Part shown: positions 9,280-17,178 of the stretch, in pieces
Position numbering within the stretch: position 1 is the stretch's first letter
Layout of the letters: every line of letters starts with the position of its first letter
From: Thermofilum adornatum
GTDB lineage: Archaea > Thermoproteota > Thermoprotei > Thermofilales > Thermofilaceae
Direction of reading: 5' to 3'
NCBI RefSeq assembly: GCF_000446015.1
Contig: NC_022093.1
Coordinates: 1,530,001 to 1,562,000, forward strand
DNA length: 32,000 nt
Notes under the pieces: model-generated
The model's database searches: none
What the model saw: the letters and a program-made list of their open reading frames with translations, nothing else
What the model was told of the DNA's origin: nothing
Made by a program: the position numbers and the translations under genes

Positions 9280-10116
9280 GCCGTATCACCTCGAAAAGAT
9301 ATAATCAAATTTAGAGATATAAAAATAAATCTTGCCTTCAGGCGAAAGTGCGCGCTAAATGTATCTGACTAAAAATGGCATCAACACATCGTTTTCACAA
9401 AAACACCTTTGCCTCAGGTCGAGCAGGAAATCCTCTCGAGGAAGCTCTGATCATACTCGTCTTCTCAATCTGCCTCTATAATTTCTGCAAACTCCCTTTC
9501 TCTATAGAAAAGATCCTCCCTTCTCTCCTTCGGAATAATATCGGACTGCATTTTACTACCTCCCCCGGTTAGTAACTAACTCCCCCCGCTAGTCACAAAA
9601 ACGTTACCCCTCAAATTGCCAAGAGTCTAAAACAAAAATCGAGATAATAATAAAGAATATTTTTGCACAGCCGGCAGACAAGCTTACTACCCCCGTCCTA
9701 GCACAATAATAGTTGCTAAATGTTTATTACTACCTTAAATTTGGTTTTGCTTAAAAGACTGGTAGTGTTCAATTCATGTGAACAGAAAGGCGCTGGACTG
9801 GATTTCTTTGCCGTAGGAGGATCTTGAAGACTCTAAGGCTGACTACAATGAAGGACTTATGCCAGCTCAGTGTTCCACGCCGAGCCGTGTGCCAAGAAGT
9901 CTTTAAAGGGATTAATCGTAGCACAAGGATTTGAGCCTGAAAAACTTACAGACCAAGCCTAGTTTTAAAATACCTCATAGCTTCGGGACAAGCTAAGTTA
10001 AATCAATACTATGAGTTGTCTTATCACACGATTTTTAGGCGCTTACCTTAAGAGGTACTTTGAGACATCACAGCAAGTGGAGACAAGGCTTTTGAATTTT
10101 CGATCTGAGGAACTTT

Positions 10117-11343
10117 TTACTTCTGGGTATCAGTCGAGATGACACTTTCAACGTCCCATACCTCGACTCTTTCTGGCTCCCGGGGCAGATCCTCCCTGTC
10201 TGGTACGAAGACAATTCTTTTGCATGGAAATCTTGATAGCTTCTCCTCTATGTTTCTCAACTCGCTTCTTGGGATGTTCTCTTTCCACTTCACCTCGACT
10301 ACGGCTACTAGTTTCTGGAAATCCGTAAGCGCTATATCTACTTCATAGTCCTTTTCGACAATCTTCTCGGGCCAAAGCCCCATCTTTCTCGACAACAATC
10401 TTGCGACGAACTGTTCAGCATAGAGAGGTATCCTCTCGGCCAGCACCTTTAAGGCCTGGGCCTCCTGGATATCTCTCTCACTTACACCATACTTCGCATC
10501 GAGATAATAATAGTAGTCTATCACCGGGGAAGCATGCCTATAATAATACTTGTTTTTCCCATAAATCTTAACTTTCTCAAGCAACCCTATATCCGCGAGG
10601 ATCTTTAGGTAAGGATGCACCAAGCTCGGGTCCTGTGCCGGGATCAACCTGTGCGAGTATAGCTGTGAAGCTATCTCGGTCGACACCTGCCTTCCATCGG
10701 CTACAGCTTTTAGTATGCCGTCGTATACACGGGTATACATCCTCTCTTCCTCCGTAAAAATCTCCCCAATAAGCGAGGGAACAGTAAGCCTCACCGTTCC
10801 TGGAAGGGCTCTAAAAAAATCTCCAGCGCTCTCCCAAACGGGGACAAGCCACGGCTCTCTCAAAAAGATAGAATACTCTACCAACTTTTTCTTGTCGCCT
10901 ATCTTGTCCCTCAAGTTCAACAAAATGTCTACCTCATCTATTAAGCCCATTCTAAAGTCCGAGAAAAGGCCAAGAACAGGCGAGTGCTTCCCAATTAGCT
11001 CCCTAGCCAACCACAGTGTCGAAGAGACAGCGACAAGCCTCCCCCTCACCCCCAGCCTGTGAAGCAAGTCAAAAAATTCGCCCGGCAATCGCTGGACTTC
11101 ATCAACAACCACAGCCTCGTCTCTCTCTAAGCTCTGAGCAACCTCCCGCTTGAAGGTCTCATAGCTCAAAACAGAGTCTTCCTCGTATATGAGCCCGCCC
11201 CTGCCAACAAAATAGTACCTATCATACTCTACGGAGCTCCTAACAAAAAAGCTCTTCCCCACCTTCCTCCTGCCATAAACAAGAACCCACCTACCTGTGT
11301 TTCTAAACCTTTCTACATCACTAAAACGGATTATACTAACCAT
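10117..11343 (-). CDS. Archaeal AAA+ ATPase with wHTH and C-terminal PD-(D/E)XK-like domain (COG1672 / Arch_ATPase + DUF234 type), paralog 1
   Basis: Walker A YGRRKVGKS, Walker B VVVDEVQRL, C-terminal YEVDIAL...VVEVKW (D...ExK). The start is set at the internal ATG 11343 (MVSIIRFSD...) by alignment with the paralogs. Confidence 0.8.
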   Translation of the reverse strand: MVSIIRFSDVERFRNTGRWVLVYGRRKVGKSFFVRSSVEYDRYYFVGRGGLIYEEDSVLSYETFKREVAQSLERDEAVVVDEVQRLPGEFFDLLHRLGVRGRLVAVSSTLWLARELIGKHSPVLGLFSDFRMGLIDEVDILLNLRDKIGDKKKLVEYSIFLREPWLVPVWESAGDFFRALPGTVRLTVPSLIGEIFTEEERMYTRVYDGILKAVADGRQVSTEIASQLYSHRLIPAQDPSLVHPYLKILADIGLLEKVKIYGKNKYYYRHASPVIDYYYYLDAKYGVSERDIQEAQALKVLAERIPLYAEQFVARLLSRKMGLWPEKIVEKDYEVDIALTDFQKLVAVVEVKWKENIPRSELRNIEEKLSRFPCKRIVFVPDREDLPREPERVEVWDVESVISTDTQK

Positions 11344-11561
11344 AAATAGTCTAACTATAATTATGGTAATAAAGTTAACCACGTACCACCTAACCTCCGA
11401 AGCTCAACCTGCTTCAAATACACGTTCCAAGCCTAAAGTGTAGTAAACCCCCAGCCACCCTGAGACAACCTACCTTTTGTATGATTCAGTCTGTGGAGAT
11501 TTTTTCCCAAGCGTTCGTGTCATCAGAAAACTATATGAACACGTTCATAATGATCATAAAC

Positions 11562-12938
11562 ATGATGAATATATTCATAAATAGGGAAAGAGAACTACAA
11601 TTCCTAGAAGAGAGGTACCTCTCTAACCGGGCTGAACTAATAATAATCTACGGACGTAGAAGAGTTGGCAAAACCTTCCTATTGAGGAAATTCCTCGAAG
11701 GCAAAAAAGGAGTATACTTCGTGGTTTCAAGGCTCGGAAACATCCTCCAAGATTTCTCAGGAGCCATAGCAGACCAGCTAGGCGTGTATCCTCCCATGTT
11801 CCTCAGTTACAAAGACTTGTTCAGGTACATGGCTCAGGAAAGTAGCAGGGAAAGAACAATTTTCATTGTTGACGAGTTCCAGAGACTCGCCGAGAGCGAC
11901 TCATCCTTCTTGATGGAGCTACAGTCTGCCTGGGACAACTTTCTCAGAAACTCCAACATTTTTCTTGTCTTGAGCGGCTCCTCTATAGGGGTAATCGAGA
12001 AAATAGCGCTATCATCATCTTCTCCCATTTTTGGTCGCCGAACGGGACAACTCAAATTAAAACCATTCATTTTCAAGTGTGCAAAAGAGTTTATGAAGAG
12101 CTGGCCCTGCGAGGACAAGATCCGGGCTTACGCCGTCTATGGTGGCACACCTGCCTATCTATCACATATAGACACATCAAAGACACTAATCGACAACATA
12201 AAACGCAACATACTGGAGCCAAGCGGCCCACTCCACGAGGAACCATACTTCCTACTCTCCACTGAGACACGAGAGCCGCTACGATACATGGCCATACTCG
12301 AGGCGATTGCGTCGGGTGCCACGACCCTCGGCGAAATAGCCTCTAAGAGCGGTATCTCTACAAACGAGTTGCCAAGATACATCAGGACCCTCGAGGCACT
12401 ACTAGACCTTGTTGAGAAGAGATATCCACTCCTAGAGGAGGGGAGACGTGGAAGAGCAATATACATCATGAAGGACAATTTTATACGCTTCTGGTTCAAG
12501 TTTGTAAGGCCCAACCTCTACATACTCGAACTAGGAGAAGTAGAAAGGGTAGCCCAGAGGGTAAAAGAAAACCTAGACCAATACGTATCCCAAGTATTCG
12601 AGGAAATCGCCCTTGAACACTTCTCCCACGCTGTCCCAGCAATAAGGATTGGAAAATGGTGGAAAGGCGAAACAGAAATAGACGGCGTAGCAATAGACGA
12701 GAAAACCAAGACAGCATACTTCATGGAGGCAAAATGGACAAACAAGCCAGTAGACAAACAAGTCCTAAGACAGCTAGAAGCCAAAGCCCAAGAATTCGAC
12801 TGGAAGAAAAACGAGAGAAAAGAAGTCTACTACATATATTCAAGAAGCGGGTTCACGTTCACACCAGAAGAAGACGTGAAACTAGTAAACCTGCAGGAAA
12901 TCTGCAACAAACCATGCAACCAAGAGAGCATAACTTAA
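11562..12938 (+). CDS. Archaeal AAA+ ATPase with wHTH and C-terminal PD-(D/E)XK-like domain, paralog 2
   Basis: Walker A YGRRRVGKT, Walker B FIVDEFQRL, wHTH ILEAIASGATTLGEIASKSGIS, C-terminal TEIDGVAI...FMEAKW. The start is set at ATG 11562/11565 (MMNIFINRERELQFL) because it aligns with MIVRFVDRREELEQL of paralog 3. Confidence 0.8.
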   Translation: MMNIFINRERELQFLEERYLSNRAELIIIYGRRRVGKTFLLRKFLEGKKGVYFVVSRLGNILQDFSGAIADQLGVYPPMFLSYKDLFRYMAQESSRERTIFIVDEFQRLAESDSSFLMELQSAWDNFLRNSNIFLVLSGSSIGVIEKIALSSSSPIFGRRTGQLKLKPFIFKCAKEFMKSWPCEDKIRAYAVYGGTPAYLSHIDTSKTLIDNIKRNILEPSGPLHEEPYFLLSTETREPLRYMAILEAIASGATTLGEIASKSGISTNELPRYIRTLEALLDLVEKRYPLLEEGRRGRAIYIMKDNFIRFWFKFVRPNLYILELGEVERVAQRVKENLDQYVSQVFEEIALEHFSHAVPAIRIGKWWKGETEIDGVAIDEKTKTAYFMEAKWTNKPVDKQVLRQLEAKAQEFDWKKNERKEVYYIYSRSGFTFTPEEDVKLVNLQEICNKPCNQESIT

Positions 12939-13020
12939 AACAAGACAAACAACCCCACATATCGCTATATATATTGTCTCTTCCATAGGTCCCCCTATTT
13001 ATACCGAGCCGCTTCTCCGT

Positions 13021-13329
13021 CTAGAATTTGGAATCATTAAAGCGAATTAGTAACAGCAAAGGTAAAATTATCCAAGCCCAGCGCTTACCTTCCCAGAGAC
13101 CCCAGCCTATAAGCAATAAAAATATTCCCAAGACTAGGTAGAATATGCCATCGCCAATGTAATCAGAAATAAGAAAAAGACCGGTATAAGGAAAACGAAT
13201 ATGAAAAAGACTAAGAAAAAGGCCATTTAATGTAAATGTCGCACCTCCAATAACTGCTAGACCTGCAATTATAGTTATGCCATCTGGTCTTGTAGGACGG
13301 GAGGATGAAGCACTAGTTTGCGATTTCAT
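13021..13329 (-). CDS. Small membrane protein, unknown function
   Basis: 102 aa with three hydrophobic helices (ITIIAGLAVIGGATFTLNGLFLSLF, GIFYLVLGIFLLLIGWGLW, WAWIILPLLLLI). AAAAATATATATTT TATA lies about 26 nt upstream. Confidence 0.5.
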   Translation of the reverse strand: MKSQTSASSSRPTRPDGITIIAGLAVIGGATFTLNGLFLSLFHIRFPYTGLFLISDYIGDGIFYLVLGIFLLLIGWGLWEGKRWAWIILPLLLLIRFNDSKF

Positions 13330-13475
13330 AATTTAAATAGGAACCATAGGTAAATATATATTTTTCTCTGTGTCGCACGTTGAGTCGAACTAGCAGTGGT
13401 GGTTAGGTGGGACGTTTGGCTCAAACTAAGTAGCTCGTAAATTTTTAATAGCGCCTGCGAGACTTTTATAGATAG

Positions 13476-14240
13476 ATGTCTCTGTCTGCTAGTGAGAAGA
13501 AGAGGTTCCTGAGGGCCCTCGAGGAGGACAGGGAGTTTAGGTACGCGGTGGCAGGGTACTTGGGGCTCTCTGAGACGCTTAAGAGGCTTGACAGTCTAGA
13601 GGAAAGTATGAAGAAGCTTTGGGAGGAGGTTAAAGCGCTCAGAGGAGATGTAAACACATTAAAAGACGGCGTGGGCACGTTGAAGAGCGATGTGAACATG
13701 CTTAAAAGCGATGTAAACATTCTAAAGAGCGACGTAAACATACTTAAAAGCAATGTAGGCACGCTGAAGGACGATGTCGGTTCGCTGAAAGCAGACTTCA
13801 GCATACTAAAGAGCGATACTGGGACTCTGAGGGAAGACGTAAGGCATATCCGCACAACCCTGGAAAGGTTAACTCTGACAGCCGAGGAAGAGGCTAGAAG
13901 CGTGGTGAAGCACAAGCTGAAGGAGAAGCTAAACATCGACATAGAGCTAGACAGGGTCTTCATAGACGCAACGGAGGTGGACATGTACGGCGCCATGGGA
14001 GACATCTGCGTGGTCGGCGAGGCTACGGTGAGGCTTGGACCCAGCCTGGTAAACGAGCTACTAGGCAAAGTAAAGATGATAAGGGACAAGAGACCTGACC
14101 TCCTCAGAAGAAAGCTAATCAAGGTCATATACACGGACTATGCGACCCCAGAAGCGATAGAAGCCGCCGCGAAGAGCAAAGTCTGGATACTAAGATGGGA
14201 AAAAGAACTCACACCGCTATCTATCGAGGAGATTGGTTAA
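13476..14240 (+). CDS. Coiled-coil protein with conserved N-terminal EFRYAVAG module and C-terminal PD-(D/E)XK-like domain (paralog P1)
   Basis: The N-terminus is FLRALEEDREFRYAVAGYLGLSETLKRLD. This is followed by 10 heptads of type SDVNxLK. The C-terminus is EVDMYGAMGDICVVGEATVRLG (acidic D ... GE motif). It possibly corresponds to the DUF3782 + DUF1626/PDDEXK_10 families (from memory, unverified). Confidence 0.7.
   Translation: MSLSASEKKRFLRALEEDREFRYAVAGYLGLSETLKRLDSLEESMKKLWEEVKALRGDVNTLKDGVGTLKSDVNMLKSDVNILKSDVNILKSNVGTLKDDVGSLKADFSILKSDTGTLREDVRHIRTTLERLTLTAEEEARSVVKHKLKEKLNIDIELDRVFIDATEVDMYGAMGDICVVGEATVRLGPSLVNELLGKVKMIRDKRPDLLRRKLIKVIYTDYATPEAIEAAAKSKVWILRWEKELTPLSIEEIG
13644..13853 (+). 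repeat. 10 tandem imperfect 21-bp (heptad-encoding) repeats inside P1
   Basis: The units start at 13644, 13665, 13686 ... 13833. They encode GDVNTLK DGVGTLK SDVNMLK SDVNILK SDVNILK SNVGTLK DDVGSLK ADFSILK SDTGTLR EDVRHIR. Confidence 0.85.
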
Positions 14241-14644
14241 GCAGAGTTTCCAGACCCCAGTAGAACCAGGCCAGCCATGTACTATCATTCGTAGTGTGCA
14301 CAATTGTTTTACCACGTTTAGCGCGTATATGAGGAAACACCGAGGATACTTGCATCCGAGATGGTTTTTCGTCAATTGTCTATGGGATTTTTTTGGTAGA
14401 ATGCTGGTGATGTGCACTCCGAGGCCAAACGCTAATGTCCTCGCGCTTTTGAGGAGAACGAGGGAAATACCCCTGGTTGCCTGCGATAAGGAGAGCGAGG
14501 AGGCCTTCAGGAGGGCTGGGATAACAACCTCTGGGATGCTCGTTGAGATTGGCTCACTAAGGTTCCTATTTGTTGTTTGAAAGGATTTATTGTGCCTGGA
14601 AGTATAATTAATAGAGGTCTTCGTGTGTAGGATTAGTGGAGTCC

Positions 14645-15307
14645 TCAGCTTGTCTCCTCTATGGCTATGGGTGTAAGGTTTCTCTGCCAGTCGAGCACCC
14701 AGACTTTGTTGTTTATGGCGACTTCCAAGGCCTGCGGGACAGCTACATAGGTGTAGATGGCTTTGATAATTTTCTTTCTGAGGAGCTCCAGTCTCCCCTG
14801 TTTGATAAGCTCTATTCTCCTTATGAGTCTTTGGACGCGTTTTGGTCCAAGCCTCGTTGTTGCCTCGCCGATTATGCAGATGTCCCCTGTTGCGCCATAG
14901 ATGTCTATTTCCTCGGAGTCAACGAAGACGCGGTCCAGCTCCACGTCTATTCCTAGCTCTTGTTTAAGCCTGTGGGCTATGAAGCTCCGAGCCTCTTCCT
15001 CTAGGCTCAGGGCTAGCCTGTCTGTTGTGACATGGATGTGCTTTACCTCTCTCCATAGTTTTTCTTGTCCTTTACGTAGAGCTCTGACTTCTTCCCATAT
15101 CTTTTCTTGGCTTTCTCTCAACCCTTTTACTTCTTCCCATAGCTTTTTCACTTCATCAAGTATTTGAGCCATTTTTTCCTCGTGGGAGTCAAGCCTTTTC
15201 ATTATTTCGGAGATTCCTAGATAGCCAGCTACCGCGTATCTGAATTCCTTATCCCTTTCCAGGAGTTCGAGCATTTCCTCTTTTAGCCTGGTGGATCTCT
15301 TTGCCAT
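14645..15307 (-). CDS. Coiled-coil protein with EFRYAVAG module and PD-(D/E)XK-like domain (paralog P2)
   Basis: MLELLERDKEFRYAVAGYLGISEIMKRLD is followed by 14-aa repeats. The C-terminal EIDIYGATGDICIIGEATTRLG is collinear with P1. TTTTATAAAAA TATA lies about 25-30 nt upstream of the ATG at 15307. Confidence 0.7.
   Translation of the reverse strand: MAKRSTRLKEEMLELLERDKEFRYAVAGYLGISEIMKRLDSHEEKMAQILDEVKKLWEEVKGLRESQEKIWEEVRALRKGQEKLWREVKHIHVTTDRLALSLEEEARSFIAHRLKQELGIDVELDRVFVDSEEIDIYGATGDICIIGEATTRLGPKRVQRLIRRIELIKQGRLELLRKKIIKAIYTYVAVPQALEVAINNKVWVLDWQRNLTPIAIEETS
15035..15145 (-). repeat. About 2.6 tandem 42-bp repeats (14-aa units KLWEEVKGLRESQE / KIWEEVRALRKGQE / KLWREVKHI) inside P2
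   Basis: The plus strand shows ACTTCTTCCCATAxCTTTT recurring with 42-bp spacing. Confidence 0.6.
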
Positions 15308-15633
15308 CCATATATAAAATGGAGAGAATTTTTATAAAAAGGTAGCGATGTGGCCGAGCTTGTACGAGACTGAGTCGAGACCTAAAAAGGCCTAGGCGGA
15401 CACGCAGGGAATGGTATGCGGGAAAAATATATCTCGTCAACTTTCTCATTGCTTTAGACATATGTTGTTAAAAATTTGTGTGCTAGGCGTGCCTTTTAGA
15501 GGCTAGAAATCTCACTAAATTCATAAAACTAAAGAAACATAGCGCGCACTATATTTCCATTCGATCAATCATCCCTACACAAAAGAAAAGGATTTCTAAG
15601 AGACTTTAGACCTTGCTCAAAGCTATTTCAGAT

Positions 15634-15685
15634 GTGGGACAAAAAATTTAATAAAGTGGGGCAAAATTAAAACTGTAAGTGGGAC
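15634..15685 (+). promoter_or_regulatory. Three direct GTGGGRC repeats bracketing the vapBC promoter (candidate operator)
   Basis: GTGGGAC at 15634-15640, GTGGGGC at 15656-15662 and GTGGGAC at 15679-15685, spaced 22 and 23 bp apart. They are interleaved with the A/T-rich boxes AAAATTTAATAAA and AAAATTAAAA, and the ATG is at 15687. Confidence 0.45.
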
Positions 15686-15686
15686 T

Positions 15687-15959
15687 ATGGAAGAGATAAG
15701 CGTTAGAAAGGTTGACGCAAAGGGCAGGGTTTACCTCTCGAGGAAGCTGAGGAGGTCAGAGCTCTACATGGCCGAGGCCGATGACGTGATTCTGCTCTCA
15801 GCCTCGAGAGAACGCATCCTGTCAGCCCTCGAGCAATTGTCTCCAGGTACCGCCATAAAGGAGTACCTCGCCCTTCTAGAGGAACTAGGAGAACCAACAC
15901 CGAAAGAGATCGAGGAACTAGCGAGGCGAAGAGCTTGGAGGAGCGTAGAGGGGCAATAA
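15687..15959 (+). CDS. vapB: AbrB/SpoVT-fold antitoxin (VapB-type)
   Basis: The swapped-hairpin motif is VRKVDAKGRVYLSRKLRR. It overlaps the downstream PIN gene. Confidence 0.8.
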   Translation: MEEISVRKVDAKGRVYLSRKLRRSELYMAEADDVILLSASRERILSALEQLSPGTAIKEYLALLEELGEPTPKEIEELARRRAWRSVEGQ

Positions 15960-16357
15960 TAGACACGTGCGTCCTGGTCTCCAGGAAACTGGAGGCCCTA
16001 AAGACCCTCAACACGAAGCTGTACGTGACCCCAATTGTCCTGCTTGAATACCTCAACTGGGCGCTCGAGTCGAGAAATATTTGGCGGGCTAAAGGAGATA
16101 ACAAGAGGGCCAGGGGCTACGAGCGATTGATCGAGCTGCTCCCCTCATTACTCCTAGAGCTCGGAATAGAGGTTCTAGAGCAGAAGTTTACGGTTACTGA
16201 GCTTAGGGAGGCTACAGGCTTGGTTATACAGAGAGGGGTAGATCCTGGAGATGCACTCAACGCTATAACAGCCAAAAAAAGAAAGCTAGGCATAATAACT
16301 CTTGACAGAGACTGGGAACGCTTGCCAGACTATGCAACCCCCATTATTACCCTTTAA
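15935..16357 (+). CDS. vapC: PIN-domain ribonuclease toxin (VapC-type)
   Basis: The N-terminal IIDTCVLV carries the first acidic residue. LLEYLNW, DPGDALNAITA and the C-terminal IITLDRDW follow. The TTG start at 15935 overlaps vapB by 25 nt. Confidence 0.8.
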   Translation: MEERRGAIIDTCVLVSRKLEALKTLNTKLYVTPIVLLEYLNWALESRNIWRAKGDNKRARGYERLIELLPSLLLELGIEVLEQKFTVTELREATGLVIQRGVDPGDALNAITAKKRKLGIITLDRDWERLPDYATPIITL

Positions 16358-16507
16358 ACCACACAGTCAGCTTTTCTACACACTCTTACGAGAAAGCTAA
16401 ATCTAGTAACAAAGAGCCGAGGATAGATAGGCTGGGACGAAAATTCAAGGGCTTAAACCGGCACGATGTTCCATAAAAAATATATTGTGTATTCACATTT
16501 TGATTTT

Positions 16508-17026
16508 ATGCCCTTTACGCCTCTTCATTTGGGACCTTCCCTTGTTTTCGGTTTGCCCCTGCGGAAAAAACTACATTTACCAACTCTTCTTGTTGCCAGT
16601 GTAGCTGTAGACATCGAGCCTTTCCTTGTCTTGGTGCTTGGGCTGAACTATCCCCTGCACGGCTATCTTCATACCTTTCTATTGGCTTTGCCCTTCGGAG
16701 TCCTGATTGGATACACCATGTTTCTGCTGGAGAAATATTTAGGCGAGCTATGGCGCACGCCTCATTTAGAGGAAGATCTTTTAGCTAGAGCCTCCTTTAT
16801 TGGTGGCGGAGTCTTGGGGACGTTTTCTCATGTATTGCTGGATTCTCCCTTATACTCAGATATTAGGCCGTTTTTCCCGCTGGAGGCTAACCCTCTGTAT
16901 GCTCCTTGGCTTAGTGGACCGATTTATGAATTATGTGTGGCTTCTTTTATTGTTGGAGTAGTTCTTTACTTAGTGATTGCAATACGAAGTAAGCAGTATT
17001 CTGGGTTGAGAGGAGACAGCTTATAG
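16508..17026 (+). CDS. Polytopic membrane protein with His motifs (membrane-bound metal-dependent hydrolase-like, DUF4184/DUF457-like)
   Basis: The start is moved to ATG 16508 (MPFTPLHLGPSLVFGL), with AAAAAATATATT TATA about 20-25 nt upstream. HGYLHT and SHVLLDS motifs lie between TM helices. Confidence 0.55.
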   Translation: MPFTPLHLGPSLVFGLPLRKKLHLPTLLVASVAVDIEPFLVLVLGLNYPLHGYLHTFLLALPFGVLIGYTMFLLEKYLGELWRTPHLEEDLLARASFIGGGVLGTFSHVLLDSPLYSDIRPFFPLEANPLYAPWLSGPIYELCVASFIVGVVLYLVIAIRSKQYSGLRGDSL

Positions 17027-17178
17027 TCCCAGGGTACATACGATTTTAGCAGTATTCCTATTATTCCTATGAGTATTGAGGCATTGAAAACGAGGAATAT
17101 CTTGACTAGGAGGGATAGTTGCCCCTCTATTCTAGACATTCTCATCTCAAGCATAGAGACTCTATTTTCAAGAGACAC
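16966..17178 (-). CDS. Coiled-coil plus TM tail segment, 3' part of the same possibly frameshifted gene
   Basis: SLENRVSMLEMRMSRIEGQLSLL is followed by the TM helix VKIFLVFNASILIGIIGILL. It overlaps the upstream ORF by 37 nt in another frame. Confidence 0.35.
   Translation of the reverse strand: MSLENRVSMLEMRMSRIEGQLSLLVKIFLVFNASILIGIIGILLKSYVPWDYKLSPLNPEYCLLRIAITK

Noticed and set aside
9375-9572. 65-aa plus ORF, and on the minus strand a 28-aa ORF (ATG 9551, SD-like GGGGGAGGT upstream; MQSDIIPKERREDLFYREREFAEIIEAD) that continues in frame after a TGA (EDEYDQSFLERISCST)
   Set aside because: The plus ORF has no signals or motifs. The minus ORF has a tempting SD but is very short, is interrupted and is unrecognisable. 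This is not enough to call a gene; it is possibly a decayed small antitoxin-like gene.
11562-11636. C-box-like ATGATGA (11562-11568) with CTGA about 70 nt downstream, suggesting a C/D box sRNA
   Set aside because: The spacing is too long. No C'/D' boxes or terminal stem are present, and the sequence is the well-supported start of ATPase paralog 2.
13466-14134. 222-aa minus-strand ORF, S/L/T/F-rich (MYMTLISFLLRRSG...)
   Set aside because: It is antisense to P1 and kept open by the heptad tandem repeats. Its composition is low-complexity, and the plus-strand frame has clear paralogs (P2, P3), so this is a shadow ORF.
14233-14580. 115-aa ORF between P1 and P2 whose tail (NVLALLRRTREIPLVACDKESEEAFRRAGITT) resembles the C-terminal strand-helix of PIN domains
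   Set aside because: The N-terminal two thirds look non-coding, and none of the conserved upstream PIN acidic residues is present. At best it is a gene fragment, which is too weak to list as a feature.
15341-15420. tRNA-like D-arm string GTGGCCGAGC in the P2 / vapBC spacer
   Set aside because: No acceptor stem, anticodon arm or GTTCRAATC T-loop can be formed around it, so it is not a tRNA. I could not support an att-site remnant either.
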